A stretch of DNA of 64,000 bases, taken from Massalongia carnosa. Its lineage: Eukaryota. The stretch is taken from assembly GCA_965645245.1 (NCBI GenBank), contig OZ287073.1, positions 310,001-374,000 on the forward strand. Direction: 5' to 3'. The notes under the pieces were generated by a model. It worked only from the letters and a program-made list of their open reading frames with translations. It was not told the DNA's origin and searched no databases. This document shows, in pieces, positions 9,972 to 22,041 of this stretch (within the stretch, counting starts at the first letter, position 1; the number at the start of each line of letters is the position of its first letter). Position numbers and translations under genes: made by a program.

Positions 9972-12798
9972 AGTATGATCCACTCATTGCACAACTCCGC
10001 AGGGACTGGACACATGACACCACAAGTCTCTCAGAAACCACAAAGACCCTCATTGCATATGCAGGCAATAACACAGACGTCAAGGCCTTTCACACTAGCA
10101 CTAGCAATTCATCCAACAGAGGCAGAGCACCTATAGGAAGTTGTACTGTTCCAGAGTGTGTAGCAAGGAATAGGACTCGCCACTGGCCAAATGAGTGCTT
10201 TCAGAAGTTTCCTCATCTGAAGAGAGCGAGAGACGTAGCTGATTCAGGGAGGGCCAAAAGTGCCAAGTCCTCCAAGCCAGAAACAACGGCTGTTTCAGAA
10301 TTCCTCGGCCACAGAACCCCCTACACTGAACAGTTGACTCACACTGGTCACGACCACAGTACTACAGAAGGTCATGGCCATGACAAACTCAGACCGAGAC
10401 ACCTGGCTCCTTGACAGCGCCGCAGACATGCACGTATGTAATCACAGATTATCTTTTATTGATTACGTAGTACGTCCAACAGGTCTGGCGGGATCTACTT
10501 CGGAAGGAATGTCTCCAGGGAGGGGAGTTATCGAGAGAACGTTGGCACTACAGGACGACTCACCCTCGTCAGTGTTAATCTTACACAACGTACTGCTCAT
10601 TCCACAGTGTCCAGTGAACCTTATCAGCCTGGCACTACTCAATCGTCATGACATCTACTATGACAATCTGAACTGGACCCTATTCCTCCAATCCAGTGGA
10701 AGGGTCATAGGGTATGTCCCAAGAGTCAACACCAACTTCATAGTAAAGATCTTGGATACCCCAGAAGTGGCTGTACGTCTCACACAGATAGACGATCAAA
10801 CTTTTCAATGGCCCAAGACCGCTGTTTATCATACATCTAACAGAGCGGACTTGACAACATGACATGCATGTCTTGGTCATCTGAACATAACTGCTTGTCG
10901 CACTTATCTAAAGCGACTCGATGTACCTTACTAGGACAATGTCAGCAAGGATTGGTACTGTCCATCCTGTGAACTCGGAAAGGCTACAAAGATATACAAC
11001 AGAACACCTCAGGAGAGAGCTACACTTTCAAAAGGTTCATTCTGACCTGGTCGGACCCATCAAACCGGCGGGACTTCTCGAGGAAATCTACTTCTTCAAC
11101 TTCACCTGTGACGCCAGCAGATACACACATGTGTATACCGGCATCAAGAAGAGCGAGTGGTTCGATCATCTGTCAACATATTACAGCCTGGCTCAGAACA
11201 AGACAGGAAAGAGCAAACCAATGGGCGTCTTTCGCACCGACTATAGCACCGAACTCCGAAGTCTGAAATCGGACGACTGGTTTTTGAAGGAAGGGATAAT
11301 GTTTGAACCCTTCACACCACATTCACAGGAACAGAACGGAGTGTCCGAAAGAACAGGCAGGACCATCATGGACATGACCAGGTGTACCATCATCGAAGGA
11401 GGCATTCCGGACTATTTATGGACAGAGGTAGTTCTTGCTATGGTTCATACCAAGAACGTCAGACCTACAAACGCTTTATCTGGAAAGAGCCCCTTTGAAA
11501 TTTATGAGTCTAAGCCACTTTCTTTAAATCATCTGAGAGTTTTGGGATCTACTGTATATGTTCTCGTTCATAGAGAAGAACGAGTAGGAGCAAATAGCAA
11601 ATCGGTCAAATTCTCACCTCGGGCCCAGCGTGGCATTCTATGTGGATATGACGGATGCAATACTTATCGGGTTTTCTTGGAAAAGGACTGCAGGGTCATC
11701 AGGGTCAAAGATCTGCGCATTCATGAGGTCGCCACCTCCAAATATCAGACCAACGTTCCTACGTATGATGCCATCATGGCACCCGATACAAACATCCTAT
11801 CAGAACCAGTTGTCATTTCACCTCCCACTTCAACTCCTAAACGTGGACGCGGTAGACCCAGAAAAAATATTCATGGGAAGCACATATTGTCTCTGCTCTC
11901 CGACAAAGCTTTATGTGAACGAGACCATGTCCATATATCTGAAGACAGACATGCAGAGGACCCACTTGTTCTATTAGCCAGAAACCCTATGAAAGAAGGC
12001 AGTCTATTCAGAAATGAATCTCAGGCCTCAAGAATCAGACATTAAGCAATATTAAGCCATAGTAGGGTCCATCATATTTGCCATGATAGAGATACGGCCA
12101 GATATAGCCTTTGCAACCTCAGTGGTTAGCCGACATGCCAAACACCCAGGCAAAATACATATGGAAGCAGCCAAACACATACTCCAATACCTCAGTGCCA
12201 CCAAAGACAGAGGTATTACCTTTGTTGGGGGAGATATGTCTGTACAGGGCTATTCCGACTCTGACTGGGCCGGAGACAGGGAAGACCGCAAGTCCACCTC
12301 CAGATATGTCTTTATGTTAAACAACGGACTAATCAGTTGGTGTTCCAGAAGACAACAAACCGTCGCACTCTCATCCACAGAAGCAGAATATATGGCACTC
12401 ACCTTGGCTGCTAAGGAGACCATATGGATACGCTTATTGATGACTGAGCTCGGCCTGATGCATGATGATGCTTCTCCGACAGTGAATGTACTTGAAAGGG
12501 AAGGCGCTATAGCACTGGCCAACAATCCCGTCTTACATTCAAGGACAAAGCACATTGATATTCAGCACCACTTCATTCGAAATGAAGTCACAGAGGGCCG
12601 GATAGACCTTAAATATGTCCCAACTGAACACATGGTAGCGGACGGGCTGACAAAGCCGCTTACCCACGTCAAGTTCTTCTCTTTTATCAGACAACTACAT
12701 ATGGACTCGGCTACTGAGCTCGATAGTCATCACGCAACAGACTCGACCACCTACAGACCTCATATGACGGACAAGTACTGATAGAACTTGAGGGAGGG

Positions 12799-13057
12799 TG
12801 TTGAATGTTCAAATTCTACCAGCACAACAGATTAGATTAGATCAGTTCCAGTCTAACCGTATCGGTTACTTAAAACCTTTAGCGGTGTCTTAAGCAACCT
12901 AGGCTCGGATAAAACTATTATCACTTCGCTTAGTAGAGGGTGACTACTTAAAAGGAGAAGACTGCTTCATAGCAACTCTTCATCTTATACATTAGGGTCA
13001 TACGCATTGTCATTTATTACATAGCCATATAGTCATAGTCATATACCTATTTCAACA
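12799..13057 (+). repeat. Copia A 3' LTR
   Basis: Direct repeat of 6977-7234, preceded by a polypurine tract. Confidence 0.95.
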
Positions 13058-13277
13058 GATCATTTGTCTAATACAAGACTTTCTACTTGTACAACGTGAC
13101 AGATTATTATTCGTAAAATCGCAAAACTTTAATCATCAATCAAACGTCTCAGCAAAGTAAAACATCAAAATGAAACGTTGAATCTTGATATCTTTTACGT
13201 TGAAGAATCACTTAATGTCAGGGGAGGGCTGGAGAGATACAAGACTCTATCTTGCAGAACGAATATATAGATATGCT

Positions 13278-13684
13278 TGTTGAGAATTGAGCCGAGATGT
13301 CTGCTTATTAATAAGAGCACTAACCGAATGCGGATCAAGCACTAAGGGTTATTTCGGCCGTGGCAACACATCACTAATCATTCGAGATGTCATCCATCTG
13401 CCAGCTAAGGGAGGCAAAACGGAATATATTGTTAGATGGTGAGGCTACCATTGGTTAGATGGGCAGGCTACCATCAATATAGGCATCCATCGTGAGTCAC
13501 ACGGGTGTCTACCAGGCACCTATGGAGGTGCCTAACAGGCAGCTATGGGAAGCCTACAGCATTACTGCTGTGTGACTGCTATAAAAGCAGGTAGATAGCC
13601 CACATAGATAATAACCCTCAATAACATGTATGCTTCTTATTTGCCCTACTTCCGTTTCATGATCAATAGCCTGGTGTTTCAACA
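13278..13684 (+). repeat. Copia B 5' LTR
   Basis: TGTTGA...TCAACA; near-identical to 18257-18663. Confidence 0.97.
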
Positions 13685-13760
13685 GGTTATGAGCCCGGTC
13701 AGCTATTAGAGAAATAAGAAGCCATTGATATTCGACTCCACCCTAATTCGTTTCGTCCCA

Positions 13761-16700
13761 ATGTCTTCATCAGCTGCGTCAACGTCGACCACCCCGCTGG
13801 GGTCCGGAAAAGGGCCGGAAGAAGAGTCGACGAGTGAGAATGTTGATGGCCAGTATAAGGCTGGTGTGGGATTAAAAGGTGAGATTAAGGTGACAAAACT
13901 GACACAGGATAACTTTCGTACCTGGATGAAGATCATGCGACTTAATCTAATCGGTAAGAAGTTGTGGGGTATCGTCGACGGTAAGACAGCACGCCCCAGC
14001 GATTCTAGACCGAATGATCAGACGTCTTGGGAGTTTGATAATGCAACGGTTATGACCTACATCATGACGTCTGTAGACGACGAGCAGTTGCAGCACATCG
14101 TACTCTTGGACACCGCCAAGGAGCAGTGGGACACGTTGTATCGAATTCATCAGGACATAGGAAAAACACGGCTGGTTCCCCTACTGCGAAGACTGTCAGC
14201 GTATCGAGCTGGACCTTCACAGACGGTGGAACAGATCGCGTCGGAGCTTAGAAAGATAGCTTCAATCATAGGAGAAATCAGACATGAGGAAAAGCCATCG
14301 GATTTCTTTCTAGCTCGTACCCTTCTAGACTCGGTGGACGGCAGCGCGTATGCAATGGCCCGAGCCCTGTTGGAAGAGAAAGACGATTTGACCATGTTGA
14401 TGGTCATCGAAAAGTTCAAAGAAGTTGAACAGAAGAACAAGGACAATGAGGTAAACATTCACGAAGTTGCTAATAGGGCGTCATCCGATCGAAAGTTCAG
14501 TGGAAAATGCTACCATTGCGACAAAGTGGGGCATATAAAGACCAGCTGTTTCTTATGGTTGAAAACGGATGAGGGCCAGAAGCATCAAAAGGGGAGTGAG
14601 AATACTGATCATATGTCGAATAAAACCCGAGGTAAATCATCGAACGGGGGACGGGGCCGAAAGCCGAAGAAGTCGGAAGAGGCACGACTGACCCGAGAGG
14701 ATGAAGATGACGCTCGATCCGAAGCCAGCGATGCTTCAGAGTACGCCAGGATGGCTGTTGAAGACGCTGAAGAATATATTCAGGCCGCCCAATTCGAAGC
14801 CCAGGAGGAATATGCCCTGGCCGCGACTGCACGAATGGGGGCTGGATCTGAAGCCCAGGCCGCTCGATTTGGCGCGATTGCGCAAACGGGGGCTGGCACT
14901 CCATCGAAGGAATGGATTATTGACTCCGGAGCGAGTCGGCACATGACTCCTGATAGGGGGTTATTCGTCAGCATGATGCTGATTAGGACGACAGTGAGGG
15001 TGGCCGATGGTACGGTCATTTTGTCAATTGGTAGAGGAGACGTCCTTGTACGGATGAGAAACGGGGAGAAGATACGACTGACTGAAGTGTTATTTGTCCC
15101 CGAACTCGATACCAACCTACTGTCGATACGAGCTCTTCAGGCGAAGGGAATTTCCGTCTGCTTCGGCCTGAATGGAGTCGAAATCACCCGCGGTGAGGCC
15201 TTATTGGCCACCGGAGTGTTGTCTGGATCGTCGTACCTATTGAGGCCAGCCAGAGAGGATGTGGCCCTGATTACTGAGGTAACGAAGGAGAAACACTCAC
15301 CGAACCCGGCTCGGGATGATTATTTGTTATGGCATGCGCGAATGGGGCATGTCAGTCTCAAAAGACTAGAGAAACTTCCATCATTGACCACCGGAACGGG
15401 TGCGATCAAAGGAGTGGATGCAACCGCTCATTCTGATAAGTGCGTCACCTGCAAATATACCAAAATGACGAAGGTAATCAGTCGAATGCCGCCATTGAAA
15501 TCAACGCGACGAGGAGAACGTACGTTTTCGGACTATTGGGGCCCGTACAAGGTAGCGAATCTTCAAGGATCGCAATATTTCCTGTCATTTGTCGATGATT
15601 TTTCTCGTCGATCTGAGGTGTATTTTGGATCGAGGTTGACCCTGAAAGAAAACTTTCAACGATATAAAGCGAAGTTCGAAGTCGAGACTGGAGAGAAGCT
15701 AGGTCTAATTCGTACGGACAACGCAAAGGAATATCACGCTTTGGAAAAAGACCTTCTGAAAGAAGGCATTCAAATGGAGTTTACAGACCCGTACACCCCT
15801 GAGCAAAACGGGGTCGCTGAGCGTCTGAATCGAACCCTAATGCAGATGGTTAGGGCTATGCAACTATGGGCTGGATTGCCCAGGGAATTTTGGGGGGAGG
15901 CCTTGATGGTCGCGAATTATCTTCGGAATCGGCTCCCAACCAATACACACGGAGGGAAAATGACTCCATACGAGGCCTGGTACGGCCGAAGACCGGATCT
16001 GGGCCACTTACGAACCTATGGATGTTTGGTTCATGCCCGTATCCCCAGCGAAAGAAGAGACAAAATGGATGTCGTCTCATTTCAGGGAGTATTCGTCGGG
16101 TACCACTCATCAAAACAATATCGAATTTATAACCCCAAAACGAAGAAAATCGGATGGCATTCGAGCCTTGATTTTTTCGAGGACTGGCCTGGGGGACCAT
16201 TGTTAAACGTTCCTACCGAGTCAGGGACATGGGAAATTGACACAATTGACAGCGATTACGAGCCCGACAAGTATCTCGACAATCAACTCATCACCAACAA
16301 GGGGGGAGATGAGGTCATTGGTGATAACGGCCAAAACAAGAATTTATCAGTAGGGGCTGACCCCACATCTCAAATTGAAGATCCTGAAGAGATTACATCG
16401 CCAGTGGGAGCTGATCCCGCCTCTTCAAATGAAGGAATACCCACGATTGAACTGAATGCTCAGTCAAACACAGGTATCCCTGCAACTATCGAAGGCAAAT
16501 CGCCCAGAAAAAGGACTCCTACAACGACTGCATTCACCCGATCAAAGAGAGAGAGAAAGCCGTACGACAAATACGCATTCGACAATAATCAAGCTCTTCA
16601 AACAAATGACGATCATGATCCCACTTCGTACAGTGAGGCCGTCAACGGAAAAGACTGGCGAAAATGGGAAATAGCCATCAAAGAAGAACTCGATGCCCTA

Positions 16701-18138
16701 CTGTCAAACGGAACATTTTTGGTGATAAATCAGCCCTCGAATCGAGACCTGATCACGTCCAAATGGGTATTCAAGGTAAAACGTCATGCGAATGGAATGA
16801 TTGATCGCTACAAAGCACGTCTGGTAGCCAGAGGATTTAGTCAGAAATACGGAATTGACTATAATGAAACGTTTGCCCCAACCCTGAGATGTGAGACACT
16901 CAGAATTCTCTTTGGGATAGCCGCCGAACTGGATCTGGAAATTCAACAGGCCGATGTATCAAACGCGTACCTTATAGGTGAATTAACAGAGGAAATATAC
17001 ATGGAGATACCTGAAGGACTTGAGGTCAAAGGACATGAGAAAGCAATTCTTCTAAAAAAGGGATTGTACGGCTTGAAGCAATCAGGGCGAATTTGGAATC
17101 AGCGTTTCAAAAAATTCGTCATAAGCATCGGATTCAACGTTATTCCGGCCGACAATTGTGTCTTTTATCAGCAAAGTTATTATAGCTATCTATGTGGACG
17201 ACATTTTGTATTTCGGACAACAAAACTCGGATATCAAAGCTGTAAAGATACTTATCAGCGAAGAGTTTAAGGTACGAAACATGGGGGAACCACGCTCAAT
17301 TCTTGGTATACGCATCACCAGAGATAGAGCAAAAAGAACAATCACCATGGATCAAACAGCCTACATTGAGAGGTTCCTTCGCGATTATCAGATGGACCAG
17401 TGTCGGCCCGTTTCCACCCCTATTGAGGGACACTTGTCGTCTGCAAACGAAAAAGACGTTCGTACCAATCAGCTGGAATATCAACGACGAATAGGAAGCT
17501 TGATGTATGCCATGACTGCAACCCGTCCTGACTTAGCCTACTGCGTGGGAAAATTAAGTCAGCACGGTCATGATCCAACCGAATCACATCGCAGCGCTCT
17601 GGATCGAGTCTTTCGCTACCTAAAAGCCACGTCAAAATTGGGATTGATCTTTGACGGTAGCTCCGAAGTAGTTGCATTTGCCGACTCCGATTATGCTAAT
17701 GAAAAAGCTGACCGAAAGTCAACTCACGGAATGGTAATGAAAATTTTCGGGGGAGCGCGCATCTGGCGAAGTGCCAAACAGCGATCGACGTCATCATCGA
17801 GTACCGAAGCCGAATACGTCTCCATGTGCGAAGCCGGAAAACAGCTCGTTTGGGCCAGCAGATTAATGAGTCAATTGCATCTGCATCCCAACAAGGCCAT
17901 TGACTTGAAGGGTGACAATCAGGGATGTTTAGCACTTATTAAAAATCCTGAACATCACTCTCGTACAAAACACATTGACGTTCAATATCACTACATTCGG
18001 GAAATCGTCGACGATGGGTTAATTCGAATTTCCTACGTCCCCACGGCCGAAATGTTAGCTGACATATTCACCAAGCCTTTGCCACAGGCATCATTCGAAC
18101 GGCTCCGGGCAAGCCTAGGGGTGAGGATAGTTAGCTAA
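13761..18138 (+). pseudogene. Copia B gag-pol polyprotein with a single frameshift at about 17165-17180
   Basis: CYHCDKVGHIKTSC, WIIDSGASRHMT, LWHARMGH, PEQNGVAER, KARLVARG; then a frame change before IYVDDIL; FADSDYA, STEAEY, RTKHIDV. Confidence 0.92.
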
Positions 18139-18256
18139 GGGGTTTGGACGTACATCGGCCGTTTGGCCCATGGCCCAGGGGACAGGCCCCGAGGGCGACA
18201 CGCGATGGTTGGTACTGCGAGGGCATGAGGCCATCCAGACATTCTCGGAGTGGGAG

Positions 18257-18663
18257 TGTTGAGAATTGAGCCGAGATGTCTGCTTATTAATAAGAGCACT
18301 AACCGAATGCGGATCAAGCACTAAGGGTTATTTCGGCCGTGGCAACACATCACTAATCATTCGAGATGTCATCCATCTGCCAGCTAAGGGAGGCAAAACG
18401 GAATATATTGTTAGATGGTGAGGCTACCATTTGTTAGATGGTCAGGCTACCATCAATATAGGCATCCATCGTGAGTCACACGGGTGTCTACCAGGCACCT
18501 ATGGAGGTGCCTAACAGGCAGCTATGGGAAGCCTACAGCATTACTGCTGTGTGACTGCTATAAAAGCAGGTAGATAGCCCACATAGATAATAACCCTCAA
18601 TGACATGTATGCTTCTTATTTGCCCTACTTCCGTTTCATGATCAATAGCCTGGTGTTTCAACA
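18257..18663 (+). repeat. Copia B 3' LTR
   Basis: Direct repeat of 13278-13684. Confidence 0.97.
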
Positions 18664-20006
18664 CAACGCCAGTGCTATTAGCCTCGGTTAGATCAGTTCA
18701 TAGCTAATTATGTGAAGCACTGTCATGTTTGCGCCCGAAGCAAGGCCTCTCGTCAAGGAAAGATGGGAGTACTCAGGCCCCTGCAATGTACCAGAACAAC
18801 GCTGGCAGGATAATTCAGTTGACTTCGTCACCGGTCTACCCGAGAGTTAGGGCTTCGATGCGATCATGGTAGTAGTTGACCGTCTTTCCAAGAGACGCCA
18901 CTTCTCATTCGTCCATTGAAAATTATCTGCGGATGTACTCCGACTACTTATAGGACGATTGGGTTGACTGGTTGCCGCTGGCAGAGTTCACGGGCAATAA
19001 CACGACTTCGGAAACCACTGGCTACAGCCCCTTCTTTGCAGAAATGGGATTCCACCCACGCATGGGATTTGAGCCTGTGGATCAAGTATCGTCACCCGCC
19101 AATCTCAACGCTGAGAGCTTTATCATCAGAATGCAGGAAATAAGCAGAAGGCTTCAAGAAGAAACGCAGTTCTCGCAAGCCAAATATGAGTAAAACGCCA
19201 ATGAACATCGAGTCCCAGCTGCGGTTTATGAAGTAGGAGACGGCGTATGGCTGAATGCTAAAAACATACGTACTCAGAGACCTACTCGCAAACTAGACTG
19301 GAAGAAGCTCGGTCCCTTCAGGGTATCCCAAGTCGTCAGCAAATACGCCTATCGCCTCGACCTCCCTCCCGGTATGAAAATCCATCCAGTGTTCCATGTC
19401 TCGCTCCTGACCCCTGTCCCTCGCGATCCTCATCCTGGCCATATCCCTCCGGCTCCTCCAGCAGTCCTCGTCGACGGCGAGGAAGAGTATGAAGTGGAGG
19501 AAATTCTCGACTCCAAGCTTGTGCGAAAACGTCTGAAGTATCTTGTGCAGTGGATAAGATGGAACGATCCTACCTGGGAGTAAGCTGAGTACGTTACCAA
19601 CGCAACTGCTAGAGTGAAGGAATTTCACAAACGTTTTTCAGGTAAGCCCCAGTGATTTACACCTACTGTTATTATTAGCCTACGTAGAATTAGGCCTTGA
19701 TGAGGAGCTACTGTCATGGTATGAACTGAACTCCTGAAGGTTCATTGAACTTCCATCTACGGTTTCCGTAGGTGCACCATTAAGGTATAGCTCGGTTTCA
19801 CGGACTAGCTCGATTGTTGCCTCTTCCGCGCTCCTGCAGTCTAATCACATTGAGCTTAAGGTGTCATTTAGGAGGCATATAGGAAATCTCTGCAAGCAAG
19901 CAATGCTTTTCTCTTCGTGTTCGTCTTGTTTAGCTATCATGTAGCATACTTCGTAATAAAGCACTGTTCACCACATGGATAGGACCTCTGCCTACCGAAC
20001 GTGACA
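18664..20006 (+). mobile_element. Gypsy/chromovirus 3' remnant: integrase, chromodomain, PPT and 3' LTR (19712-20006)
   Basis: YVKHCHVC, VDFVTGLP, LPLAEF, IHPVFHVSLL, EEYEVEEILD..YLVQW with several stops. LTR termini TGTCATG...CGTGACA. Confidence 0.9.
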
Positions 20007-21547
20007 ATGGGTGGGTATCGATCGGGTCCTAACAATCGATCCTCGTCCACTCCCAACACCGCCAAAGCGTTCACCAATGGCTGTCGCATTCGGTGCGTTT
20101 GATTCGTTGATCCAACAACGCAACGCAAAAATCCAAACAAAATTCATCGACCCGACTCAGTCCGGCGTCTTTATGTATGGGGCGGTCTGTCTCTTCAACA
20201 TCTGGGATTTGCACCGCTGACGATTTTGATTCGACTTCCTCGATTGAATCATTTTCTTCCTCGGCTATTTCATGGCGGTACAAAATCGTCTCCATGCTCG
20301 TTTCTAGGTTGGGGTAAATCGATATGGCGGGTTACTCTCGCTGCCTTGGGGCCGCGCACAGGCAAAAAACATCAACACCTGCTTCCATGGCCGACTGTGA
20401 TCTTGGATTGATTGATTGTCCATCTATGGTTGCAACGGCGTGTATTCCTGGCTGCTGTTGTCTTTGCGCACTGCTTCCATGCGCACAAAAACCCAGTTCT
20501 CTCCAATCATTGGTTCACCTCCGTCTGCTCTCCCTCCTGGATCATCCTGCGTTCTTTCTCTTTGACTGCCGTCATAGCCTGACTAATGGTCTGTCGCGCT
20601 TGACTTTGCAAACTAACTTCAACTCTCGCAGTCGTTCTTCATGTCGATCCTACATTAACTATCTCTATAAAATGTGATCCTTGACCATAAACGAAAAACC
20701 GCTGACATGTGACGGTTCGTGTTGCGGAGGCTACGGATTATAGGGGTGGAAGTAGGAAACAACAGCAAAAAGTACGTGCGATGATCAAGCTGATCCAATG
20801 GCAGGCTACTAATGATTGATTGAAAATGACTGAGGCTATCTATGGGGGCATATAGCCCATTATATACCGCTGCCTGCCTTGAGCACGATTCTCCCACTTT
20901 CTATGTGATCGGTCAGTCAAATGCTGATATGTAAGCTCGTCTTTGTCGGAGTTCCAAAGCTGACATATTTGCCTCATTATCAATCCACTGTAGAATGTTC
21001 GAATGTCTCCTAGAATATCAGACGCGGGATGTTGATGATAAATCCCAAGGTGGCCAATCCAAATACTTCCAATAGCTAGTGCGCATTGGGGTTAGTGCCA
21101 TTTTCTATAAGCAGACATCTCGGCTATCCTCAACAGTTCGCCATGGCTTGGGAGTCGGGTTTATGGTGGAAATCTTACTGGGTCTTCCCTTTCGCGCTTG
21201 CGCCGTCCATCCATGATTTTGCTTGCTATGCATTCTCATGCCGTGTTCATTGCGACAAATGTATTGACATCGTTCCGGTTCCATTTGACATAATAAACCA
21301 TCGGAATACACAGGCAAAATACGGACGGGACTATCGATTCGAATGGGGATCTGTAATTCAACGGGATATTGAATTGAATTGGGCCATGATTGCGCCGTCC
21401 CGCGATGGGTGGGGCTTCTTTGATTTTCATGCGATGCTGTGGGCCTTGAAAATGGGACTGCACCTGAGCGGGCCAAATAGTATGTTGATATTTGCGACAC
21501 ACGATCATTTGCCACTCGCTCAAATACGCAATGGGTAATGCGCTCAT
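20007..21547 (-). pseudogene. DUF3505 / telomere-linked RecQ-helicase-family N-terminal remnant, cut by the Gypsy LTR
   Basis: YLSEWQMIVCRKYQHTIWP..VQSHFQGPQH, a C2H2-like CQYIC..MRMHSKQNHGW, FCLDFCVALLDQ and LVNALAVLGV. Frameshifted and internally deleted; family assigned from remembered motifs. Confidence 0.6.
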
Positions 21548-21903
21548 GATGATGATGATGACAACTGCTAACTCGGGAGGAAAATTTTTCATTGCGTGGA
21601 TCAATATGTGGGTTCCCGCTTATCCGCTTATGTTCAATGAAGCTGAATTGTTTTATTGGCTTTACAGCTTGATATTCATGCGACCAGGTTAATTCTTACA
21701 GAGTCGGAATCGCCGCACGAAACTGTACAGTTTATATATACAATATTTCTCACGGTACTCATCATCTGCTGATGTTCTTCGGCCTCGAGTCTTGATGTTC
21801 CTGTGCTTTGAATAGGCAAACCCTCTTCAAACACCCTTTGCGCCGCGATTTTTATAAAATCACAATATGATCGAGTTTTTTTTCATTCCGACATATGTTA
21901 ATA

Positions 21904-22041
21904 TTTCGAATCCGGGCTATTACTGGCCGCTCGAATTAAGTAAATCGGCCCAGGGCGAAATGGCACCCTACCCTTGAATATTATTCCACCGTACCCCCCC
22001 AGATGACATGTATGTATGCCGCTTAAGTAAATTTAGTCCCT
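21904..22041 (-). repeat. Diverged inverted copy of the ~140-bp segment at 41946-42083
   Basis: Shared blocks GGCCGCTCGAAT, AAGTAAATCGGCCCAGGGCG, TTATTCCACCGTACC and CCCCAGATGACATGTA. Confidence 0.85.

Larger units (their letters stand above)
8634..12781 (+). pseudogene. Copia A gag-pol, disrupted
   Basis: Fragments 8987-9310, 10374-10862, 10921-12045 and 12083-12781, with stops, frameshifts, two solo-LTR insertions and an RT deletion near 12040. The start coordinate is approximate. Confidence 0.85.
6977..13057 (+). mobile_element. Ty1/Copia LTR retrotransposon A, non-autonomous (most of RT deleted)
   Basis: Two ~258-bp LTRs, PBS, gag, protease (WLLDSAADMHV), integrase (QEQNGVSER), the RT C-terminus only, RNase H (YSDSDWAG, SSTEAEY, RTKHIDI), and PPT GAGGGAGGG. 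Confidence 0.95.
13278..18663 (+). mobile_element. Ty1/Copia LTR retrotransposon B, full length and young
   Basis: 407-bp LTRs with 3 differences, PBS GGTTATGAGCCC at 13685-13696, complete gag-PR-IN-RT-RH, and PPT GGAGTGGGAG. Confidence 0.97.

Noticed and set aside
9658..10083. Minus-strand ORFs as a captured host gene
   Set aside because: They lie mostly in a TSD-bounded solo LTR and antisense to gag.
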